A stretch of DNA of 64,000 nucleotides from Tubulanus polymorphus (lineage: Eukaryota > Animalia > Nemertea), in contig NC_134027.1 of NCBI RefSeq assembly GCF_964204645.1, forward strand, positions 17,322,560-17,386,559, given 5' to 3'. How positions within the stretch are numbered: the stretch's first letter is position 1; every line of letters begins with the position of its first letter. The translations under genes and the position numbers were made by a program. Of this stretch, positions 27,220 through 38,869 are shown one piece after another. The notes under the pieces are model-generated. The model saw only the letters and a list, made by a program, of their open reading frames with translations. It did not search any database and was not told the DNA's origin.

Positions 27220-27760
27220 AGTAATTAAAAGTAATTAAAAACTATAATATATTTTCATAACCGCGTGCATTTTATATTAAAACTAAATATTTATTCTAAG
27301 ATATCAATAATTTAAAAAGCATATTGTAAATAAATCAATTGGTCGCTCCACTTCGCTACCGCTCCGCTCCGCGACCAATTGATTTATTTACAATACACAA
27401 ATTCATATAATCAAATATATTCAAATAATAATAATTATTCTATTATTCAACTGAAATGCACGCGGTTATGAAAATATATTATAGTTTTAAATTACTTTAA
27501 TGTTTTGTTTTTAATGAGCTCGACCATTCAACCTTTGATATGAAAGCCCATTACCCCTATTACTCTTAAAATAATCATGTACATGAATAACATTTAAATT
27601 GACAGATAATTCAATATAAAAGTATATATTTACAACATTATTTCAATATTCATATTTGTGTGAGTTAGATTTTTAAACATTAAAAGTGTTAGCAAAGTGT
27701 GATTGAAATAATACATGATATAAATCATTGAACTTCTAAAATCAATTTAGTAAAAAAATA
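27220..27760. repeat. Left TIR of copy C (hairpin 27220-27564; outer ~60 bp missing; ~130 bp extra internal sequence)
   Basis: Reverse complement of 44635-45050, extending almost to the ATG of the first gene. Confidence 0.9.
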
Positions 27761-27770
27761 TGTATAATAA

Positions 27771-28424
27771 ATGGAATCAGAACAACCACAAACTATAAAT
27801 ATTACAAATAACACTGGTGTCATAAACATATACTACAAGAAGTGTTCTAAATGTGAATTAGATAAATTAGCTTTAACAGAATTTAGTAAGCGTAAGATTA
27901 GCAAAGATGGTTTTCAATATTGCTGTAAAACTTGCACTAAACTATATACCAAACAATATCGAGAAGATAATAGAGAAGCTTATAATGATTATATGACAGA
28001 ATATATGAGAGAAAGATATCAAACAGATCTTAATTTTAGATTAAAACAATGTTTAAGATCTAGATTAACACAATTATTCAACAAAGAAACACATTCAGAA
28101 ACACTATCTAATTTATTGGGTTGTTCAGATGAATTTCTCAAATCATGGATAATATATCAATTCGATGATAAAATGAATATAGATAATTATGGTGAATACT
28201 TTCATATTGATCAAATGTTGCCGATTTCTAAATTTAACATGAATGATGAATACAATAAAAAACTTATTTGGGGTTGGAGAAATTTAAGGCCTCTTGAAAA
28301 GAAAGAAAACATAATTAAATCTAATAAACTAGATATACAGTTATATTTAGATCAACTGGATAAAGCAAAGACATTTGTTGAATTATGGAACTCAACACAT
28401 AATGAAAAATACGTTGAATGTTAA
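27771..28424 (+). CDS. Zn-finger + HNH-type endonuclease, 3' end displaced by an insertion
   Basis: CSKC...CKTC; FHIDQMLP (H to Q relative to copy A); original C-terminus (..PK.LIWTVI.TAP) resumes at ~30070-30130. Confidence 0.75.
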   Translation: MESEQPQTINITNNTGVINIYYKKCSKCELDKLALTEFSKRKISKDGFQYCCKTCTKLYTKQYREDNREAYNDYMTEYMRERYQTDLNFRLKQCLRSRLTQLFNKETHSETLSNLLGCSDEFLKSWIIYQFDDKMNIDNYGEYFHIDQMLPISKFNMNDEYNKKLIWGWRNLRPLEKKENIIKSNKLDIQLYLDQLDKAKTFVELWNSTHNEKYVEC

Positions 28425-28916
28425 ACGCTTAGAAAACCGGTTTCTCTCGATCTATGTCAAACCGCCCGTATGTAATTGTATTAGGTTGTTTACAAAAACA
28501 TCTGTGCCGTATTTCATATTCAGTTGAATGGGGCGCACCTCATTTGAATATTGATCGAATGTGCTATTTCAGTTGAAAAGGATTAATCACAAAGGAACAT
28601 CTGTTACAATCCAGGCAAACATGCAGAAGTAATTAGTTTGGTTGAACGTGCGCCACGTCGGCAGTTAGAAATCAACTTTCACATACATAGTACGTATTGG
28701 ATATTTTCTCTCAAAACACAGTTTACAGTTCTAAATCTAAATGTAAGTACATATATTATGAAGTAGGGAAACCTTTAAACATATTTAAGTACAGTAATTC
28801 ATTTTCACGACATCTTTTAGATTAAAATAGAATACAGAGATCAACCAGAAATTCCAAGTCAACCAACGGATGAGGAACCAGAAACGATAGATAGTGAAAC
28901 TCAGGAATCAATAGAA

Positions 28917-29551
28917 ATGGAGGATGAAACTCTCGTAATTGACGAACAAACTTCACAAAAATTACAAGAACATTTGGACTATCATCAAGAAATGGTGAAA
29001 ATTCTGAGTGATGTAATACATAATAAACAATTACCGCGCGAACTACAATTACCAAAATTACCAGCAACGCGACTTAAATTGCTGTGCTCAAAGAATCGAA
29101 AACTAAGAAAATTAGTGGAGAAGAGTTGAACGAGTTTTTAAAATCTAAATTAATCATTGACACGGAACATTTAAACTTTCCGGAAATACAAAGTGTAGAA
29201 GTTATTTCATTTGCTGAAATTACTGATATCTTAAAAAAAAGTTATAAAACCATATTAAATAGAAAAGCAAATCACCTATGGGACCACATCATTTTCGGGG
29301 GTTATCTAAATATAGGGTTTTCAATGTTTGATAAAGAAACTGAGGGGATTTCTTGGGGGCTGTGGGTTAAAAAGAACATAGATATCAGTGCCGGTTTTGA
29401 AAGAAAACTGAGAAGAGTAGGTAGATTAATAAAATATGAAAAATTCAAAATATTAGGATTAGCATTTAGTGAAGTAGTAAGACATTTACCAGAAATTGAA
29501 GAAATGATTGGAAACAATCCAGTAATTAAAGAATTCTGGACAAAATTATAA
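28917..29551 (+). pseudogene. ~210-aa helical protein of unknown function (one frameshift)
   Basis: Overlapping ORFs 28917-29129 and 29084-29551; protein-like pattern G.YL, W..WV...I.IS..FERKLR, FW end; AATAAA near 29996. Confidence 0.6.
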
Positions 29552-29629
29552 ATTATAATACTGAAGGTCTTAGATATCAAAAATGTAATCTCGATTGTAT
29601 ATATCTGTTTTAATATTGTATTGTTTACT

Positions 29630-29982
29630 GTTAACTGTGTATTGCGCAATAACCGGTCCGATTGGACCGCATTTCTATTGTTCTCCATTGTTCTCCATTG
29701 TTCTATTATTGATCGTTGTTAATGGCGGCGGTTGTTCTGTATTGATTGTTTACTGTTAACTAAGTATTGCGCAATAACCGGTCCGATTGGACCGCTGTTC
29801 TATTGTTCTCCATTGTTCTATTATCGATCGTTGTTGACGGAAACAGCTGCTCAATATTGATTGGTTACAGTTCTATGTTTGAATGTTGTAGTTTACAGAA
29901 TAAAAATATAACTGTGTATTGCGCAATAACCGGTCCGATTGGACCGCATTTCTATTGTTCTCCATTGTTCTATTATCGATCG
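29630..29982. repeat. Three dispersed ~70-bp direct repeats with internal palindromes
   Basis: TATTGCGCAATAACCGGTCCGATTGGACCGC at ~29640, ~29765 and ~29917. Confidence 0.9.
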
Positions 29983-30403
29983 CTAAAATTTGTATAATAA
30001 ATATATCTGTTTATGAAATAATATTTCCACCAGTCGTTTCTTTGAATTTATTTTCAGTTTTAGGATTTATTATCGAGAATCCGAAATGACTTATCTGGAC
30101 AGTTATAATTACTGCTCCTAATAGATAGACAATAGTAGTGAGATATTAAATCCTAATTTTAATAAAATATAATAAAAAAACAATAACTTCAACTAGCTAG
30201 TGAATTCTATCATATTTTTAATATTTTCTTTTGGTAATTCTAATTGACATTAGATTGAAAAGATTTTGAATAGATTTGAATAGAAATTCTTTAACTTTAA
30301 CTAACCTAGTCAAATTAGTATTAATCTAAAGAGATACTAGTATCATTTGAAGAATACTTTTTAGTTTTTAACTAAGACTATTACTTTTCAAGAATTAGAT
30401 GTT

Positions 30404-30748
30404 ATGAAACCAGATATAGTAATAAAATATTTTAAGATTTATGAAGAAGCTCGATTAGCTAGAATAAATGATTCTATTTCAGATGGTATTGTCAAATGTT
30501 ACTCTAAGTTATGTAACCAGTTAATACCAATTGATGATGAAAATAAATTATATAGTGATTTGAAAAATGACTACTTAGTTATGACTGAATTACAAAAATG
30601 GGTTGCTTATGCTTCTTTTCAATTAGGATCGGTTATGACATTAATTTCTACTGGCGTCATAACATTTTCGAACATCAAACCTATGGAATATAAATCAGGT
30701 AAGAACGAAACAGATGTACTACAACCAAATGTCGAAACAGAAAATTAA
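30404..30748 (+). pseudogene. Polinton-associated protein, probably 5'-truncated
   Basis: Open 114 aa with hydrophobic C-terminal segment; lacks the TAAATG start, which is seen at the corresponding position of copy A (5919). Confidence 0.55.
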
Positions 30749-30773
30749 TCAGAACAAAAATTAACTAAAATAA

Positions 30774-31142
30774 ATGAGTGATGGAGTTAAGAAAAAGATT
30801 AGATCCGAGAAACAAATTAAATGGGCAAGAGAATTAGGTAAAAGATCTTCAGAATTAAAAAAAGCTAAGAAAAAGAAATTAACTGATATAAATGAATCAC
30901 AGACTTTATCTGATATTGATTCAAATAATAATCCATCTGATTCTTCTAATGCTGGAAGTAATTATAAATTATATATTACAATTGGATTAGTAACAGTTAT
31001 TATATTATCTGGTGTAATATATAAATCAAAATTCAAATCTGATGATAAAGATGATTCCAATGACAGTAAACCTATCATACCAGAAAATAAGTCAAATCAT
31101 AAAGTCATTGAAACTAAATCTAAATTATTATTAATGGATTAA
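30774..31142 (+). CDS. Small basic protein with a single TM helix
   Basis: RSEKQIKWARELGK; hydrophobic LYITIGLVTVIILSGVIY; homolog in copy A. Confidence 0.7.
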   Translation: MSDGVKKKIRSEKQIKWARELGKRSSELKKAKKKKLTDINESQTLSDIDSNNNPSDSSNAGSNYKLYITIGLVTVIILSGVIYKSKFKSDDKDDSNDSKPIIPENKSNHKVIETKSKLLLMD

Positions 31143-31148
31143 AATAAG

Positions 31149-32225
31149 ATGAAAAAAGGACAATATTTAAGAGATTTATATTATAACCCAGAAAGTGAAG
31201 TATCATATTCTAAAGTTTCAGAATTATGGAATAAAATTAAATCTGATAATAGTCATATAAAAAATGGTGAATTAAAATCATGGTTACAAAATCAACCAAC
31301 ATATCAAATCCACAAGAAAATGGATAAAACTTATTTAACAAGAAAAGTTATGGTTTCATATATTGATCAACAATGGCAAGCTGATTTAATTGACATGAAG
31401 AACTTAGAGGAATACAACAAAGGATATTTCTGGATCCTGAATGTTATAGACATATTCAGTCGATACGCATGGTCAATTCCAATCAAAAATAAAACTGGTA
31501 TAGAAGTTACAAATGCTTTTAAATCTATATTTAAAGAAGCTATTCCAGATAAGATACAATTTGATGAAGGTAAGGAATTTTATAACAAACATTTTAAAAA
31601 ACTATTATCTGATAACGATGTAAAATATTTTTCAACACACTCAGATAAAAAAGCATCTATTATAGAAAGATTTAATAAAACATTGAAAACTAGAATGTGG
31701 AAATATTTTACTGCTAATGAAACATATAAATATATCGATGTGTTAGATGATTTGGTGAAAGGTTATAATAATTCTAAACATAGTTCTATAAATATGAAAC
31801 CTATACAAGCTAGAAAAGAAGATAATTCAGAAATAGTTTGGAATAATTTATATGGAGCATTTGTTACACATGCTTTTGGAGAACCTAAATTTAAAATTGG
31901 ACAACACGTAAGAATATCTAAATATAGAAAAACATTTTATAAAGGTTATACCCCAAATTTTACAGAAGAAATATTTAGAATTAAAAAGATAATATTAACT
32001 AAATCTTTTGTTTATAAATTAGAAGATCTAAAAGATGAAGAAATATTAGGTTATTTCTATGAACAAGAATTATCACTTGTACCAAATCCAGACGAAATAG
32101 AATACAAAATAGAAAAAGTATTGAAAACAAAAACTCTTAAAAGAAAAAATATTCTTTGGTGAAATATAAAGGATACGATGATAAATTTAATGAATGGATT
32201 TTATCTAGTAAAATTAAAAGAATAA
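31149..32225 (+). CDS. Retroviral-like (rve) integrase with C-terminal chromodomain (frameshift at ~32150)
   Basis: WQADLID, IDIFSRY, FDEGKEF, IERFNKTLK, YNNSKHSSI.MKP, FKIGQHVRI, F.KGY.PNFTEEIF; YKIEKVL...VKYKGY...NEWI chromodomain. Confidence 0.95.
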
Positions 32226-32837
32226 ATGAATAAAGATTTATTTATATTTGAACCGCATAATATGTTAGTTACTGGAGTAACCAATTGTGGTAAAACACAT
32301 TTCATATTAGACTTGTTAGAAACTATTTATAAGAATCATTTTGATAATATAATATTATTTTGTCCTACTTATGAAATGAATAAAACATATAATAGAGATA
32401 TAGTTAAGATGAAAAAGTTTATTATATTAGATCCTAAAACAGTAAAAGAAAATTTAGATAATTGTATAAAAATAGCAATTGATACTTATAAAGGATCAAA
32501 TACATTATTCATTGTAGATGATTGCGCAAATTTACATGATTCAAAAGTGAGAGAAAGTGAGTTATGTTATTTAGCTTTCTCCGGGAGAAATTTTGGGATA
32601 ACAACTTGGGTTTTAAATCAAAAATATAATTCAATTGTTAAAGACTTTAGAGAAAACATTAGATTTCTAGTTTTATTTTATAACAAAGATAAAAAATCTA
32701 TGCAACAAACATTGGAAAAAAATCAAATTATACCTACTGAATTACATGATGAATATATGAATAAATTAAAGAATAATAAAGGTTCAAAATTATTACTGAG
32801 ACTACAATTTCCATATGAATATAAATTTATAAAATAA
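32226..32837 (+). CDS. A32/FtsK-like DNA packaging ATPase
   Basis: Walker A GVTNCGKT, Walker B LFIVDD, GR(N/H)..I.TWVLNQ, FREN motifs; intact 203 aa. Confidence 0.92.
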   Translation: MNKDLFIFEPHNMLVTGVTNCGKTHFILDLLETIYKNHFDNIILFCPTYEMNKTYNRDIVKMKKFIILDPKTVKENLDNCIKIAIDTYKGSNTLFIVDDCANLHDSKVRESELCYLAFSGRNFGITTWVLNQKYNSIVKDFRENIRFLVLFYNKDKKSMQQTLEKNQIIPTELHDEYMNKLKNNKGSKLLLRLQFPYEYKFIK

Positions 32838-32857
32838 CTATTTATATGACTATGTAT

Positions 32858-32942
32858 TAGATACCCTGATACCCCATTAGATACCCTAATACCTGATACC
32901 CTAATACCTGATACCCTAATACCTGATACCCTATTAGATACC
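32858..32942. repeat. 15-bp tandem repeat (GATACCCTAATACCT) at the convergence point of the two arms
   Basis: Direct reading; about 5-6 units. Confidence 0.85.
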
Positions 32943-33004
32943 TTAAATACTTAAAACCCCCTTTTTTATTTACTATTATTTTATACAATTTTCAACCTTT
33001 ATTA

Positions 33005-33835
33005 TTATTTGATTGTTAGATAATTAATTTCTGAATCACTTTCATCATCACTCTCCAATTCATTATCAGGCCCTAACAATTTATTCAAATGCTCTACCGT
33101 ATCTTCATAAATAATTGGTTTATTGATATACTTATTAGGCAGCTCAACTATATCTTTATTTTCTGATTTAAGTTTCATAGAATCTTTATTAGTGTTTGCT
33201 CCTAATATTTCATTTACAGTGTTTGATTCTAATATTTCATTAGCATCGGTTAAATCTAATTCATCTTTATTAGGTGTTGCTAATAATAAATATTTATATA
33301 TTTTTTCACCATTTACTTTTTGATTTGAAACAAACTTTGTAACATATCTAAATGGGTGTTCTATAAATTCTTTTAAACCAACACGTTCTATAACATTATT
33401 TATATGTTCCTTTGTATTCATATGTTTATTCCAATTTGATGGAGCGTTTGAAAATTCACCTTTACAATAATCACAATAATTTCTATTTTTACTAACATTT
33501 AATATTATTGCATTATTATATGTAGTAGGTATTACATTATTAGATGTAGTAGGTATTACATTATTAGATGTAGTAGGTATTACATTATTAGATGTAGTAG
33601 GTATTACTGTAGTAGGTATTACTGTAGTAGGTATTACATTATTATCAATTACATTACTTAAATTATCAACAACTTCACTTTTATTATTATCGATTTCTAT
33701 TAGTTTAGTTTTATAAATTTTGAAAATAGGATCAAATATCAAAGCTATATTACAAGGTATTACATAATATAAACCATCATTATTTTCATGTGTATCGATG
33801 TATGGAATATGTTTATATACTTTACCTCCTTCCAT
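33005..33835 (-). CDS. MEGG-family Zn-finger protein (VIPTTSNN repeats, one finger, unique C-terminus)
   Basis: Intact 276 aa; YCDYC...WNKHMNTKEH finger; same position as the MEGG genes of A and B. Confidence 0.75.
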   Translation of the reverse strand: MEGGKVYKHIPYIDTHENNDGLYYVIPCNIALIFDPIFKIYKTKLIEIDNNKSEVVDNLSNVIDNNVIPTTVIPTTVIPTTSNNVIPTTSNNVIPTTSNNVIPTTYNNAIILNVSKNRNYCDYCKGEFSNAPSNWNKHMNTKEHINNVIERVGLKEFIEHPFRYVTKFVSNQKVNGEKIYKYLLLATPNKDELDLTDANEILESNTVNEILGANTNKDSMKLKSENKDIVELPNKYINKPIIYEDTVEHLNKLLGPDNELESDDESDSEINYLTIK

Positions 33836-33867
33836 TTATTATATATATTTTTATTAAAGTTAAAATT

Positions 33868-35088
33868 TTAATACATAACACTATCTAATTGAGAATTTAC
33901 AATATTTAATTGCGCGTCAGATATAATATAAATGTGCCTTTTAAAATTTTTGATTCCTTTATTCTTTGTCATGAATAATTGTATTCCATCTTTAGTGTTC
34001 TGTAATTTTTTTCCAGAACCATGTAATGAATTATCCTCTGTTGTTCTAAAATCTAACCATAATGCATATTTATTACCGGTATAATAATCAATTTGATTAA
34101 TGTTACAATTTTCAGATGATTTTACTTTTTCATTCATAAAATGTTTTCTAATTTCTGGCCATTGATCAATCATTCTCATTCCTTGACAAAATATTTTATT
34201 TGCTATTCCTTCGATAGTTATTTCTACTTTTGTTATTTCAGCATTATAATAATTATCAACATTTATTGCGCCATTAGTATACGTTGCAATGGTAAAAAAT
34301 ATTAATATACCTCTAATAGATCTTCTTGGGAAGTTAATATTAATAGTTACGGTTTTAAATTTATCAATATAATCATATAATAATGAAAATCCTTGATTGT
34401 ATTTAGTTTGAATTATACTTGAAATATTTTCATCAGTTACTGTATCATATTCTAAACATATATTCGATAATTTATAACTCATATCTTTATTAACGCTAGA
34501 TAATACAATTTCATTTACAGGAGCAAATGTTATTTCGAATATAACGTCTTCTTGAATTGCGTATTTATATAAAGGTGCATTATTATTTATCAATTCAAAG
34601 TCTAATGGAATTTTATATTTGCTTCCATATATACTTTTTATCAATTTATCTACAGCATTAGTTAATATTGCGCTATTAGCTTCTGATCTTAATTTATTTT
34701 GGTTTTCTGATTGAATGCCTTGAAATATCATATTATTTCTATTTTCTTTAGTTAACCATAAATCTTTATAATGTATAAATAAATTATAATCATCTAATGA
34801 GAAAACTGTTTCTGGACCAATCTTTATTGTTAACTTTTTAATCAAATATCTTCCAACATTATCAACAACATAATTATTATTATTACCGATTACTTTTATA
34901 TCGGCTGATAAATAAATACTATTTGGAACATAAAAAGTATTTTGTGTTAATCGAGGGATTCTAACGTATAAAGTTTCATCGGGATTAATATTTGAAGGGT
35001 TATTAGTAATTATATGATGTGATCTTTCTGCTTTAATAGCATTAGATATTCTATGATTCTTAGAAGGATTGATATAACTCCCACTCAT
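33868..35088 (-). CDS. Major capsid protein (double jelly-roll inferred)
   Basis: 406 aa, beta-rich, most conserved gene among copies; NPSNI.P...LYVR.P.L, LIKKLTIKIG, YKLSNICLEYD, NINFPRRS.GI; 9-aa deletion relative to other copies. Confidence 0.8.
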   Translation of the reverse strand: MSGSYINPSKNHRISNAIKAERSHHIITNNPSNINPDETLYVRIPRLTQNTFYVPNSIYLSADIKVIGNNNNYVVDNVGRYLIKKLTIKIGPETVFSLDDYNLFIHYKDLWLTKENRNNMIFQGIQSENQNKLRSEANSAILTNAVDKLIKSIYGSKYKIPLDFELINNNAPLYKYAIQEDVIFEITFAPVNEIVLSSVNKDMSYKLSNICLEYDTVTDENISSIIQTKYNQGFSLLYDYIDKFKTVTININFPRRSIRGILIFFTIATYTNGAINVDNYYNAEITKVEITIEGIANKIFCQGMRMIDQWPEIRKHFMNEKVKSSENCNINQIDYYTGNKYALWLDFRTTEDNSLHGSGKKLQNTKDGIQLFMTKNKGIKNFKRHIYIISDAQLNIVNSQLDSVMY

Positions 35089-35129
35089 TTATTTAACAAA
35101 AAAATTAATTATTTATTTTTGATCATGGT

Positions 35130-36565
35130 TTACTTGATATTTTTTGATATCATGTTTACTACCCCAAAAATAATAGCACTTACAACTGTAATTAAAAATA
35201 AAATAATATGTTCAGCAGCAAAGTTAATAATGTTTCCTGCAGATTTCAATATAAAACCAACAATTGATGCAATAACTCCAGGTAAAGCTGCAGCAGATTT
35301 TTTAGATAGTTCCCATAAATATTTTGCTAATTTCTTTAAACCATCTTTAACTTTATCTTGTATAGAATTATTACTCGGTGGTTTATCCGGTTTGTTAGGA
35401 GTGGGAGTAGGAGTAGATTTCAAAGCATTTGATATAGCTAAACCAATTGTTGTAAATAACATAGTTACAGCTGTTAGAATTGAAAGAATTGTTATGCCTT
35501 CTAATTTAAATAACAATTTTATTCTATCTTTCAATGATATTTTAGAATCTGGTTTTATCAACAAATCTTTAAAAATAACTTTTAATCTATTAATATTATA
35601 ATCATATGATTTTAATAATAATTTAATTTCTTCTTTTTGTAATCGTATATTATATTCTAAATCATCTTTTTCTTTTTCTAAACGTAATTCTTTTTGTTTA
35701 TATTCTATTTCATCAATTGCTTGACGATCTAAATCAGACTTTAATTGTTCTATTTCTTTATTTTTATCAGTTAATTCTTTTTCTAAATTGTTAATTTTAA
35801 TATCTCTTATACTTTTATCATGTGCAATTTTATCAGATGCATTTCTTATACTAATAATCTCTCTAATTGCTTTATCAGAAAATATATCTAAATCTTCTAA
35901 TTCTTGATCTGTTGCATCAAGTAAACCATTCGGTAAAAGTTTTTCAGTTTGAACTTCTCTTGAATTAGGTTTACTAGTTTTGGAATTAATAACTTCTTTA
36001 GGAATTTTTTTTTGTCTTAAATATTCATTAATTATCTTAAAAAATTTAGCATTTCTTTGTTTAAATTCTTTTATATTATAATTCTTTCTTCTTGTGTAAC
36101 ATCAGTTATAACATCATTAATGATTTTCTTAATTCTATCTGGTTTAAATAAATTAAAAGGTGATTGTGTTATTATTTTATCGCTACTTTTAAGATTTGAA
36201 ATCTTAAAATAATAGTCGCCTTTCAATTTCCAATAATAAACACCATTTAAATATTTTAAATCTTTTACTAAATAATTCATACCTTTATTTGTTATATTGA
36301 AACCAGATCTTTTTAATATTGGTTTAAATTCATGAATAATTTCATTATAATTGTATTCTTTTTCTGTTATTTCTGGTACTTCATTTTCAATACTTATCTT
36401 TGAACGTGTTTTATCAATATATTGAGGTGTATTTAAATTAGAATTATATGCTGATTCATCATCATTATCAATATTAGTTTCATTAAAATCAGGTTGTGGT
36501 TCATCACTTATACCAGGTTCATCACCAAAAGGATCCATTGGAATATCTTCCCCACCTTCTGCCAT
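35130..36565 (-). pseudogene. EDIPMD-family coiled-coil membrane protein, frameshifted
   Basis: ORFs 36565-36071 and 35564-35130 plus intervening frame; hydrophobic helices at C-terminus. Confidence 0.8.
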
Positions 36566-36581
36566 TTACATAATAAAAAAA

Positions 36582-37952
36582 TTAAAATTTAAAATATAAT
36601 ATTCCTCCGATTACAATTCCTATACAAGTTATAGCTAATTTAGTATTTTCATGGGATTTATTATCATCATTTAGTTTAATTATATCATGTTGAATATTAT
36701 CAGTTTTTATATTTTCTGATGTATTATAATCTTTTATTTTAGAATCATTATTTAATTTAATATTCTTAGTTTTAGTTTCTGTTGATTGAATGCGTTTTTT
36801 TTTTTTCACCTTCCATTAATTTTGGAGCAGTAATAATCTTTTTATTTATATCATTTAATCCAAATGAATTATTTATTGTTGCAGTTTTAATTAGATTATT
36901 ATAACCAATTATGTTTCCCATCTTTAATACTAAATCATTAGAAATAATTAATAGATTAGGGCCTATACAATAATTTAATCTAATATGTGATTTATCTAAA
37001 TAATTTTGATATTTTATAATGTTTTCTGTTTATTTTGAATGGAATCTTCAAATAAAACTTTAAATTGTTTCTGTGTATCGAATGATGTACTCAAATTTCC
37101 AATTATTGGTGATCTTGTTTCAACTTGTGATCCTAGAATACAAATCAAATAAGTTCTAATAGATTGATTTATTCTTTCTATACCTGATTTTGTAAAACCT
37201 TCACTTTTTTCTAAAATAAAATAAACCCAACCATTATTGTTTTCTTGTTTTAAATTATCATAAAATTTCGGTAATTTATTGAAATTTAATGTTTCTAAAT
37301 CCTTTGTTTCTATTTTACCATAACCTAATTTATTATTATAGATATTATAAAAGCTATTAGATGGTATGGGAAGTGCACAATATGCTGCAACCTTTTTAGG
37401 GCAAGGAAGTGATCTTATTGTTCCAATTTTTGTTCTAAAATCAGAATTATTTATATCTATATTAAATTCATTACAAATTTTATAAAACTTTGATAAATTA
37501 ATATTATTATCTAATTCTTTAAAATATCTAGATCCTGGTAAAGCGCACTCTAATTCATTTAATATTATTCTGATTTGAAAGTATGTATGAAATCTAAATA
37601 AACTTTGAATTAGTTTATATTTAGAATTATTCAAATGATCATTCCAACTTATTCCACATCCTGTTGTTGCACAATAAACAGCAAAATTTAATTGGTTCTG
37701 CTAATACTTCATATTAGATTTTAATAACCATTGTTTTTCATCTTTCAATTTTTTTAAATTAATTAAATATACATGAAATATATTTTCCATCTTTGCATTA
37801 AAATTATTAGTTTCATTAACATGAATTTCTAAATTAGTTAATGAATCTAAAACTTCATTTCTATATGTAATATCTTTATTAAAATCTATTGCTGGAATAT
37901 TATATTTAATTGATTTATTATATTGGAAAGCTTTTGGAAAACTATCTGCCAT
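36582..37952 (-). pseudogene. WQNQLNFA-family protein with C-terminal TM, with stop and frameshifts
   Basis: ORFs 37952-37701, 37634-37014, 36809-36582. Confidence 0.8.
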
Positions 37953-37968
37953 TTATATAACTAAAAAA

Positions 37969-38403
37969 TTAATAATTTATTAATTCTTTTAATAATTTAT
38001 CTTGTTCTTCAACTGTTATATGGCCATTTAAACTTATTATATAATCTAGTGTGTTCTTTAATTTATTAATTTCTTTTATATTAGTTTTAATTTTTTCTTT
38101 ATTACTTTTTATATTTAATTTTGAACTTATACCGGTAAAAACACTTGAACTTAATCCTAACACACCAATTGATATAGCTAAAGGTGTTAATGGACTGAAT
38201 ATTGCTAGAAATGTTATTACAGAACTAATTGTAACCGAACCACTTATAATCAAATAATATATAATTTTACTTTTTAGATATTTTTTCTTTTTAACTTTTA
38301 AGTCACTTTCAAATTCTAATATTTGTTTTTCTAAATATGTTTTTAATTTAGTTTTATTTATATCATGAGGAATAATATCAATACTATCAACTTTATCTTC
38401 CAT
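37969..38403 (-). CDS. Small two-TM coiled-coil protein
   Basis: Intact 144 aa; hydrophobic 47-92; homologs at 15201 and 62702. Confidence 0.75.
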   Translation of the reverse strand: MEDKVDSIDIIPHDINKTKLKTYLEKQILEFESDLKVKKKKYLKSKIIYYLIISGSVTISSVITFLAIFSPLTPLAISIGVLGLSSSVFTGISSKLNIKSNKEKIKTNIKEINKLKNTLDYIISLNGHITVEEQDKLLKELINY

Positions 38404-38423
38404 TTATTTAGCAAAAAAAATTA

Positions 38424-38846
38424 CTAATTAGTAAATTTATATGCTACAAATATAACAATAACAGTTCCACCTAAAATCCATATCATTTCATATTTCTGTT
38501 GTTCTTTACTCGGGGTATAATAATCTGATAATTTAGGTTTGTATAGATGTAATTTTTCTTTATTGGTTACCGCGTTATATAAACTCATTGCATCATCAAC
38601 TGATTGAAATTCTCTATGTGAAATCTTCTGATCATATAATTCCTTGTTAATATAATCCATATAGTTTTGTCTCTTTTCTCTATATTCTTCCGCAGCTTTA
38701 TTGTATTTCTCTAACGCTAAGTTATGTCTTCTTTGTTCTCCTAATGAACTATTTTTATCAATATGTTTAAATAAATATCAACCACCAGTAAATGCTAAAG
38801 CGTTAACAATTGCCGATCCTATAATAGTTATAATTGCAGAAGCCAT
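38424..38846 (-). pseudogene. ~140-aa protein with N- and C-terminal hydrophobic helices (MASAIITIIG), one internal stop
   Basis: Homolog of 62267; TGA after AFTGG; ORF 38660-38424 is the 3' part. Confidence 0.75.
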
Positions 38847-38869
38847 TTATTTAGCAAAAAATTATGTAT

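Larger units (their letters stand above)
28420..30068 (+). mobile_element. ~1.65 kb insertion in the HNH gene carrying one frameshifted ORF and 3' repeats
   Basis: Absent from copy A at the equivalent position (~6230); termini/TSD not evident. Confidence 0.6.

Noticed and set aside
29630-29982. Palindromic repeats with ~60-80 bp spacers as a CRISPR array
   Set aside because: Only three copies, spacers partly similar to each other, no cas genes
35053-35601. Antisense ORFs over viral and retroelement genes (also 2003, 17180, 17668, 29302, 45266, 58684, 63095)
   Set aside because: Shadow frames of genuine coding strands; no start motif or conservation of their own
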